From Phoronis australis (Eukaryota; Animalia; Phoronida), in contig NMRA01000001.1 in assembly GCA_002633005.1 (NCBI GenBank), positions 4,271,180 through 4,335,179 of the forward strand: 64,000 nt of DNA. Reading direction: 5' to 3'. Shown here piece after piece: positions 40,101 through 50,500 of this stretch (positions are counted from its first letter, which is position 1; every line of letters starts with the position of its first letter). Made by a program: the position numbers and the translations under genes. The notes below the pieces were generated by a model, which was not told the DNA's origin, made no database searches, and saw only the letters and a list, made by a program, of their open reading frames with translations.

Positions 40101-43100
40101 AGTTATTGCAACAGGTAAGTGTTGTTTTGATTTTTGTTTGGTGTTTCCATATTTTATTTTGTTATGTATTTTCGTCTTCAGATAGTCACTGTTATTCTTC
40201 AACAACATTTCTGTACTTGTAATGAGACTTCAGTAAATTCGCGACACTGTTCATACTTTAGATTTTAGCAGAAGTGTGTGACGTCCATCAGCAGAGACCT
40301 GTAGGAAGAACTATAGGAACCATTGTTCGTAACTGTAGCGAATATATGACGCAATGAAATGAAAACGGTCGACATAGAGGGAATGTAATTGGTTAAGTAC
40401 GTATAATTATATTAAGGAAGAAGTGGAAAATTAAGTATATTAAATAGTAGACCGATTATTGAATTCAGTGCCTGGTTTACGTCCTTCACGAGTTCACGCT
40501 GTCCCAATGTTTTCGTTTTTCTTTTCAGGTCGTTACTCAAGTCGATTCTTCTAATAGTCGTGATCTGCCGGGGAGCCTATTGTATCAACATGCGCAACCA
40601 CGGTCTTGTCAGGGGGGGTGGGGGTGCACCTAGACGACACCCGTAGAATTAGCGGCACAAAATCGACATTNNNNNNNNNNNGGGGGGAGGGGTAGGGGCG
40701 AAAATTAGTTGTGACTGAGGGAGAGCTGCGCTAAATTGGTAACGTCCGTGGACGGCGTTCATCTGGTGATGATGAGAAGAAACGACCCTGTTATCTTCCA
40801 CCCAGATTATTAGAAAATGTTAACGAGTATCAGTTTCATTTCATCCACAAACAGATTTCACAAGAGTTTTCACTGTCAGCAGATAAGCCTGTGGTTAAAA
40901 ACGTAAGCGAACTCAGATGTGTTAGGTCACCTCAGTTGCATGAAAACGCGCCAGTGTATCACTGAGTTAACATTGGGCGTTTCAAAGGCTGTGGATGATA
41001 AAGGTTTTAATTATAAAAAACGGTTGGGTGAATTTGATGTTGGTTGCATTTGAAATTGCATTCGCTTTCTAGACCGCGCCCTTCTATATACAATATGTTA
41101 GTTAATCATGTCTTCCGCCGCGCAGCACTTTACCACTCGACACATTCCCATCGTTTGCAGTAGGCGTAAACATGTAGAACGACAGTGGTCCCAAGTCCGA
41201 TGCGCTTCTTCAACAATTCAGATGACTACCAGAGCGACGAATGGGGATCACGAGTGGATGAGAAACTACTCATTTTACTATCACGATTGTCTTAGCAATC
41301 CATTTTGGATAATTGTTCATTCGACGTTTTCATGTTGAAACTGAGCTTTCAGTTAATATGGAAATAAAGGTGTCAGAGTTAACTTGCGTTTCGGTTTGTA
41401 AACAGCAGACGTATGGAAGCGTTTATAAATATAATATATACCAAGGACTACACTCCTTGTATATACTCTGTTCTCATCATTGTTTATCACTTTCTTCGTT
41501 ACACTCGTCCAACATCCAACTGTAACGTTTAACGCAAAATTCGTTAAAATTGAAAAAGCGCATGTTTAATGGTCGGGAACCCTCTGTGTGTCGAATACGC
41601 AAGCCCAGCTTTTGATTAGGAAAGCACATTGAAAAAAAAAAACGATTATCGGGGCGCTCTTTGTGCGTTGACAACACAAACTCGACATTTTTTATTGAGA
41701 AAACGCATTTTTACAAAAGAGAATCGGTTGTCTGGAACGTTTCATGTGCGTCAACGCAAACCAGACCCACTCATTGGAAAGCCCATGTTTGTCACCAGGA
41801 ACACTTTTTTCACAACGCAGCCCGATATTTCAAGTGAGATAGCACATTTTTGAAAAAACCCGTCTCTTGCCGAGAACGGTTTTTGAGCATCGGCAATGCA
41901 AGCCCATTATTTCATATTGAGAAAGCGCATTTTTGAAAAGAAGAACCAACACTGGTCAGGAACGTTCTTTGTGGTCGACAAGGCACATTTCTTATTGGGA
42001 AATTCCGTTTTTCAAAAATTAATCGCGCAAACCGTTTCAGTCTCTTTGACCAGCAATTATACTGCTATTAAATGACCGAGTCAGCCGAGCCGGCAATGTT
42101 GATACTGCGACCACTCATCAAAATAATGTACACCCACGAAATTCGGACACAACCGGAAACCCAAATTTGGACGTCCACCAAATTCGGACACCACAAAAAT
42201 GATGTTTCGCGAGATTCGTCCACCAATTATTTTTTCTATTGGAATTTATTTTTAGTGTCCAAAAATCGCGCGACTTTACTGTAGCACTGATAAGAATTTG
42301 TTTACATTGCACTGAGCACTACCAGTCCCAAAAAGTATGATTGTGTTTCTGCAATTCACGAAAAAAATCCTGGCCCAATGCAAGTTGGTAACATTTAAGA
42401 GGGGTGTATACACTGGTCAAATCTGTAGGTTCCTATCTAAAATAATTTAAAAAAGGGTTTAACTAGTTAGATATGACTCTGAAAGTGACAGAAATCAAAA
42501 AAAAACAAGTTTTTTATTTATTTTTTAATATTGCATTTTTTAATTTTCAAAAAATCCAATTTTGCCTCGATTTTTTTTTTCAAAACACTGGGATTATTAT
42601 CAACTGTTTCCTTAGGCAATATTCCACTAATCCATACCAAAGATATGTACAAAAACATGATCTTGATTTTGTGGCATCTTTTGCATGTGAGTTGTAGCAA
42701 TCACTCCACCTTCTGTCATTTGGTCACTTTCCATCCAAAGTACAAATGTAGTCCATGTATCAAAAAAACCCTGGCACGCCATTGTACTAAGTTCAGTTAT
42801 AGTGGATGTCAAATTGCAAATTTCGTAAAAATAAACCCACAGCCCGAGAATCTTCCTGAAATCACGAGCCGTTTGGCATGACAACACACCCAATAACATT
42901 TTACTTTACTTTATTTTCTTTTTTCCCTTAAAGTTTTTAAATGTCAGAATGTTTACAAGTTCCAGTGAATAGTAAACCCTGTTGTGAATGTCAGCAATTC
43001 TTAGGATCCATTACCTGTTCATGTTTGCACAAACGCACAAAAGCTTATCACCTGACCAAAACAAAAATACGCCGATTTCATTTTGGAGCCTCAATGAACC

Positions 43101-46100
43101 TATTGACAAATGAAATTTGGTATAGCACTGTATCACACTTCCGCTGCATCATTACATTCTTCTGTGAAAAGAATGTTTTGTATACATTGACATGGATGCC
43201 ATGGTCATTGTAGATCAATGGAAATACTCATTACATCTTGACGTATGCATCATGGGCGGTGTAGATTGATGGAAATCCTCTGTCATATTGACATATTCAC
43301 CGCGGGCATTGCAAGTTGAATAGAATTTTCTGTACGTATTGTGAATGTTCAACGTCGGTGCTGTAGGTTGACTGGAATACATATGAGGTGTACTTCTGAC
43401 CTTGTTCCTTTTGCCTTACAGATTGACATTATTGGCCATGAAACCAGCGAGTTCATTCACTCTGATGACCAGGGGGAGATAATGAAGCAGTTGCTGCTCA
43501 ACAACACAGATGACTCCAACATGGTGTTCGCTGCTTCTGGTACTCATGGTACGTCTAACTGGTCACACAAGACCATCAAGCTGACTTGTCATGGCACGTT
43601 ATTTTATGTGCCAAGCAAGACCTGTTCTTTCAAACTCAGGAATCACTTCCCGTCTAATTACGCAGTGCTGAGACCAAGTATAGAGTGGCAAGTGATCTAA
43701 ATTAAGTTTTCTTCTTGGACAGAACTCGGGTTTTTGGCCATTTTAATTTAGTGGATCCCATTTGTTTCAGATGGTACCATGTCTCCTTGCACCCGACGGT
43801 TCTTCTACGTACGAATGAAATGTTTCTACTTGAAGAAGGGAGTAAAGTCCAAGCAACCTGGTTATATGGTAATGGAGCTTCATTTGAGTCCTACACATTA
43901 TTTTTACCTAAAGAACACGGGTTAATATACAGTAGTAGTGCTTAATTTAAATTTCACACATTTTTTACCTGATAAACAGGATCAATTCCAAACAATATGG
44001 TTCAGTATATGGTAATTATAGTACTTTATTAAATTTTACACACTTTTATTTTACCTGAGCATTTACGCCGAAAGTGCACTTCTGAGCAGTTCATCATTTC
44101 CAGAATACCGGTTTATCCCATATGAACTGTGCCATTTAGTCAGTTTTCTTTGGTCTGTCTTAGCTTGTCCAGTGGTCTGGTCACTTGAAGATTGATGACC
44201 TTGGTCAGCCTGAAGGACTTGTGTGCATCTGCCGACCCCTACAACCTACACCAATCCTTGAAATACGAATGGATGGAAACATGTTTATGAGTCGACACAG
44301 TATGGATCTCAAATTCACATTTTGTGACCAAAGGTATGTTGAGTTAAAATTTTTTACTTTGATTTTGAAAACGAATGAAATACTGCACTACTGTACAGTT
44401 GTTTGTTACAAGCCTCTGAGATGAAGGGCTTCTTTAAATTAAGCCATATGGCGAGAATATTCTGTTCTCAGCACATATGAGGTGGGTAATTTTTTTGTAA
44501 TTCTTTATTTCAAAACATTATATATATACAAGTGTACTGGTGTGATATCTAACACAACTGAAGAAGCAGTGAAGAAAAGAATATGAAATAAATTGAAACG
44601 TTCAAAACTGACACAGACAGTGTTCGAAATACACGCTGGCCCTTTCACATGTAGGCCCTATGTGGATTTGGTTTCATATTCAAGTAACTGGCTCGTCGGG
44701 CCAGCCAATTTTTTTGCTGAAGCTCGAACGCTGGACACAAACCCTGCAAAGTTGCAAATAACTGTCTACTGACATGTGTATCAATCCATCTATTTTACAA
44801 TATGTAATAAAATTTTGTAATTGGCCAAACTGTAAAATATTACCTTTAAGTTTTTGTTTTAATATGTAAGCAAAAATTATTTTGCATACTGATACTTTTT
44901 AGAAGACTCAGGGAAAACCAAACAAAACTGTTTTAGATATAGTGATGTCTTTATTAACAACATGATTTAGACAATGGGATAAACTATTACATAGTGACTT
45001 TACAATATTACATTCGTAAAAACGTGTGTCAGTTTCAGTAACATTAACACAGAAAGTACAAAAATTGCTATCAGCTGTGCCGATTTTTTCGAAAAAACAA
45101 TTAGTTGAAATAAGTTTGTGAATCTATCAAAATTGAAACTACTTCATTTGAGTATCGGAGAATTGCCGAGTACAGTTATTGATTTTTTCCACTCTATGTT
45201 TTCATTATTTATATTTAAGAGGGTCGGATGTAAGCATTGTTAACAAGTATCTTTTAAAAATCATTTACGCCTTTCTTTTATTTAGTTAAAATTTGATTGA
45301 TGTGTGATGATACTGGTAGTCCAAAAAGCAATTTGTTGATAATCAAACATGTCCTTGATATTTTCAATTACTCCACGGATACCAAAATATACTGTAAACG
45401 GTGGACGAAATCTCCAAGGAGTACAAAATTCATGATAGTCAAAAAGTCTTCCTTAGAAATGAATCAAATCGGCTACAAAATGTTAGCCTTTAAAGGTGAC
45501 TAATTTGATTTTAAAATGTGTAAGCAATGTAAAACACATAATTACATGGTGGTTAATGTTACAAAAATGTATATGTAAAGCAATTGTGTTTCAGAATAGC
45601 AACATTGCTGGGTTATGAGCCGGATGAGATAGTGGGTCAAAATGCATACCTGTTTCACAACCCCGTTGACGCACACTTGTGCATGGCATGTCATAATGAC
45701 CGTAAGTATGTAGGACTTACTCTAAGAACTTGTTGCATATTTTGCTTGTAGTTGGTGATGGATGTCTTCTGCAGTGCTTATGGTATTTTTGAAATCACAA
45801 ACGTTTCACTTGTTTTGTCAATGACCTGTGCTCCCACAGACTTGGAAGTGTTTGATTCATGAATGTGACCAGGTTTACCACCAAGTGTGATGTGTGTGTA
45901 CATCGAATAATCTTGACATTGTTGCATTCCAGTGATGACTAAAGGCAGCAGTATGTCCAAGTACTATAGGTTCCTCTCCAAGTCTGGCAAATGGGTGTGG
46001 ATGCAGACGAGGGCTAGTGTCATCTGTAACACACACAACGAGCCACAGTATGTTGTCTGTATGAACTACATTGTCAGGTGGGTGTCTGGGGTGAGAAGAT

Positions 46101-47521
46101 CTAGTGCCATGTGACACACGCGCGCGCACACACATGCGCACACACGCGCGCGCACACACACACGCGCACACACACACGCACACATACACGCGCGCACACA
46201 CGCGCGCACACACACGCGCGCACCCACACTTGCGCGCACACACACGCGCACAGACACACTAGACTTACGTCGTACGTACCACCAGTGGTGTCAATCTAGT
46301 TTATTGTCATTATGATGTAAAGGAGGTAACTCCCGTCTCGTCAGATGGACTGTGTATATATACAGAATGAGTAGCCAGGGGGTTTCATCAGTTGGTCTGT
46401 GTGTGCAACAATGTTGTAATTTGTGAACACTTTGTTGGCAGGCATTAACTGCCAAGAGTGGTATTGTTTCAGAAAGCTTGAAGACTTGGTACCTCCCAGA
46501 CTCTATAAATTGTCTCTGAGTCAAAACATATTAATCACTTACAAATTTCTATAATTCAAGTGACATTTGCTCATAAGTGATTGTGATATACCAACATTTT
46601 GGTTGTGTTTCCAGTGAAAAGGAAGGTCAAAAGTCAATAGAAGAAGCAGAAAAGAACTATTCTGGAAAAAAGGCTAAGAACAGTCGGCCAAGTGGTGTGT
46701 CTGAATACCCCCACGATACGTGTAGTGCACCTGCATTTGTGGGTGAGTTATTGTGAGCAGACCACGTCTTGGTACCTTCATTATGCATGAAGATGACTAG
46801 TGCTTGTAAATGAGTTAATTATCAGCAAATCATGTCTTGATACCCTCTTGATATGTGAAGTTGACCAGTGTTTGTAAATGAGTTAATTATCAGTAGATTA
46901 TGTTTTGTTACCCTCTTGATATGTGAAGTTGACCAGTGTTTGTAAGTGAGTTAGTTATTAACAGACCGTGTCATGATAGCCTTGTGATATATGAAATTGA
47001 CCAGTGTTTTTAAGTGAGTTATTTATCTGCAGGTCATGTTTTGATACCCTCATGATATGTGGAGTTGACAAGTGTTCTTTTATTTCAGAACAATACCACA
47101 GCAGCAGTAAGAGTTCATCAGATGAGGACACCTCCTGCAGCCCCAGTTCTAGTGACCAATGGATCAGCTCTCCTGGCTCAGTTCTCAGCACCTCAGATAA
47201 GACAGAAGGCAACACAACCAAACGACTTCGTAGCTCCGGCTACAGCAGTGCCTCCATCAACTCCATGGATTGCACTATTCCCGACAGTACCACTGATGTG
47301 TTTGGAGATGAGTGTTTGAGTGAGACTAGACTTACAGTGCACTCTCTGACAGGTACATATATGGAGTGAGTGACGCTATCCTTATAGTATACTGTGACAG
47401 GTGTACATAGAGTGAGTGAGACTATCTTTGCAGTGAGTGTACTTGGATAGGTATATACATTTGTCATGTACATATACATGCACATATACATATACATATA
47501 TACATTTACATATACATAATT

Positions 47522-47552
<31 letters not shown>

Positions 47553-50500
47553 CAGAGAGAGAGAGTAAGAGGGTGGTAGGGAAGGAGGGAGACTTCATTG
47601 AAAACAGTGCGCTGGACAACCTTGCTTATATATACCTTTATGTGAGAGCTGTTACTCTACTACTCTTCTCGTTTATGCTATGTTCCAACCATTGTTGGAT
47701 TTCTCGTTTAGGTCATGACCTTTACCCTGAGCAACAACACTCAACAGGAAATCTTCATCACGAGGCCACAGACATCATGTGGCCCATGTTGACTGAACTC
47801 ATAAATCAACAGGCTGCTGAGATCATGGATACATATGGTCCTGAACACAGCATGACACAGCCCAATGATGAGATGACGTCAGATTTCACCCCAGAGACAT
47901 CTACTTGTTCCAACACGAGTTCGGCTCACATGACAACTTTAGGTTCAGGCAGCAGCTCTAAAGGGTATGAATTAGCCGCTTGCTTGGTTTCTCTTCATAT
48001 AAGGTTTCTAGCGTAGAAAATTAGACCGTGTAAACTCACTTGCTGAAGTAGTGCATCGTATGATTGTGCTTGTCGAATTTTGGTTTTGGTAAAGTTGGTA
48101 TGAACCTGCCTTCTGCCAGAAATAACTTTTGATTTGTACCACTTGCAGTGCTGTTATGAAATTGGTCTGAACTTGTTCCTTACTCAAATTTGAGGTGATT
48201 TCTGGGCTTGAAAATATCTGTTAGATAATTTATTATGATTTATTTTAATTTATTCCTTTAATTCAATCTCAGCTAGTTGGCTGGTGATGGCAGATCGTGT
48301 TACAGGTGGGTCTTGTTGTACAGGGGTCATGATGTACAGGGGTCATCTTATACTTGGGTCTTATTATGCACAGATCATGTTATACTCAAGTCATGTTATG
48401 CATAGGTCATGTAGTACACGGGTCATGTTATATGTGGGTTTATGTTACGCACAGGTAATGTTATGCAGAGGTCTGGTTTTACATGGGTCATGTTTTACAC
48501 GGGTCATTTTATACACAGGTCCTGTTATACTCTAGTCATTTGCTACACAGGTCATGCTGTACACTGGTCATTTTAACACGGGTCATATTATACGTGGGAC
48601 ATATTATACATGGGTCATATTATACATGGGTCATGTTATAGACAGATCGTGCTATACTCGAGTCCTGTTATACGCAATTCATGTTATACTTGGGTTATGT
48701 TATACAAGGGTTGTTGTCCACAGGTCATATTATATATAGATCACGTTTTAACGGGTCTTGTTATACAGGGGTCATGTTAGGCATGGGTCATGTTATACAC
48801 GGGTCATGCTATAATATACAGGACATGATTCCAAGCTATACACTGCCAGGTTCTTTCCATCCTCAGTCCACTTCTCATACAAGTATAAGAGTAAGAAGCT
48901 GAAAACCATTGCCATGTCAACATCAGAGTCTTCACGTGCCAGCAACCAACCTGTACAGTTGCTGTAATATCCTTACCTAGTATAGTATTTACTCTAAAGG
49001 TACATCTTTAAAACCTATTGGAATGGTGACATTTTGGGAGAGATGACATTTGCATAGATTAACCCTTTCTGGTTTGTTATGATCCCAGAAGGTGCAATGT
49101 TAGTTAAGCAATTGAAGAATGTGCCTAGAACTGAGAAAATTATGCGTAACTATTGATGCATGAGATCAGGTTGGAATGAAAAAGTAAAAATTCAGAAAAA
49201 ATTGTACCTAATGACCCTGGTAAATGCACAAAAAATTTTGTGACCCTGATCTCATTTTCAAGGTCATAGCAAGAAATTCAATAATTCGACTTGAAGAATG
49301 TTGGCACAATATCTCAAGAAAAAATTTTTAAATATTGTTCATATTTTAAAGTGAGATATTGCAGGGGCAAGTCTAAGCACCGGTTGAAGTTGGTGGCCTT
49401 GACCTCTTTTTCAAGGTCACAGCGTGAAGTTTTTTACTTAGAAAATGTAGTTGACATGAAATCTAAGGAAAAGAAGCAGCTTAATATGCTTGTTTGATAT
49501 TATGCACTGAGGTATAGGTGGGGTGTCTCTATTTACCAGTGGATTTTGGCAGCTTGGACTTTGTTATCTTTGCCGAAGGTGAAGGGGATATAGTAATAGT
49601 ACACATCATTTAATCCTTCTGTGCACAACTCTTAAATTTCTCATTGGAAGTTGCTCGAACTTTCAAGAGACTATACTCATGAAGTGCCGTACCTTATAAT
49701 CTCAAGATTTTACGATTCTGCAGCGTGTTCTTGGTTGTGGCCTGTTCTTGATTTTCACGCTCATTATGTTGTTGACACGATACTTAAGGGGATGTTTAAT
49801 ATTTAGTTGATGTTGTGCGCCAGTTTGTAAGTAGACCATCTCCAGGCACCAGTCGATTTTAACAACGTTGACCTTATTCAGAAGTTCATTAGGAGAAATT
49901 AATTAATTCTACTGGGAAGGTGCTGGTGTGGTATTTCAAGAAGGAAACCGTTCATCTGGCTTATCTTTACACAAGACATTCATTTAACCACAGAAGGCAG
50001 TGGGGGACAATTTGGTTAGACTGTAACAAGTGTTTGTTGTCATAGTATTTATGTCCTTGTGGTGTGCAATGTTGTTTGGTGCTAAATGTCAAGAAGGATG
50101 CTTTAGATTCCGTTGGTATATTGTAGGCCAGGCTGGCTGCCCGTCATTTCATCTCTATTGGTTTTATTGTTTCAGGGGCCAGTACACTAAGCTGCGCTCG
50201 CTCTACCCTCAGTCTGGCCTCAACCAACTTCGTGATGTGCACAAGACACCAGGAAAGGTGACCCTCACCAGAATTGAGCATATTTCACCCAATAGCCACA
50301 AAAACGACGTCGTTTCACATATAGCAAATGGCGTGGTGGATAAGTCAGACCTGAACTATAGCGAAGTCAATGCGTCCAGTGATCTGATTGACCCTGCACT
50401 GGCTGACCTACTGAGAGGAAATGAGCAGCTGGATGAGTTATTGGATATGTTTGATGGTGGTGTGACAATTAGTGAGGCACCAGGCAGCACAGAACTTCAG

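Noticed and set aside
34156-46077. Calling the gene canonical HIF1A/EPAS1, SIM, trachealess/NPAS3, NPAS4 or NCOA
   Set aside because: PAS-B and the first intron position look HIF-like, but the basic region matches none of these and the degron is absent; no symbol assigned without phylogeny.
45875-46299. Cys/Val/Arg-rich and His/Thr-rich ORFs
   Set aside because: Translations of the CA/CG microsatellite.
50030-50175. Hydrophobic signal-peptide-like start of ORF 50030-51172
   Set aside because: Intronic read-through upstream of the TTTCAG acceptor at 50175; the real exon begins at 50176 in phase with the previous exon.
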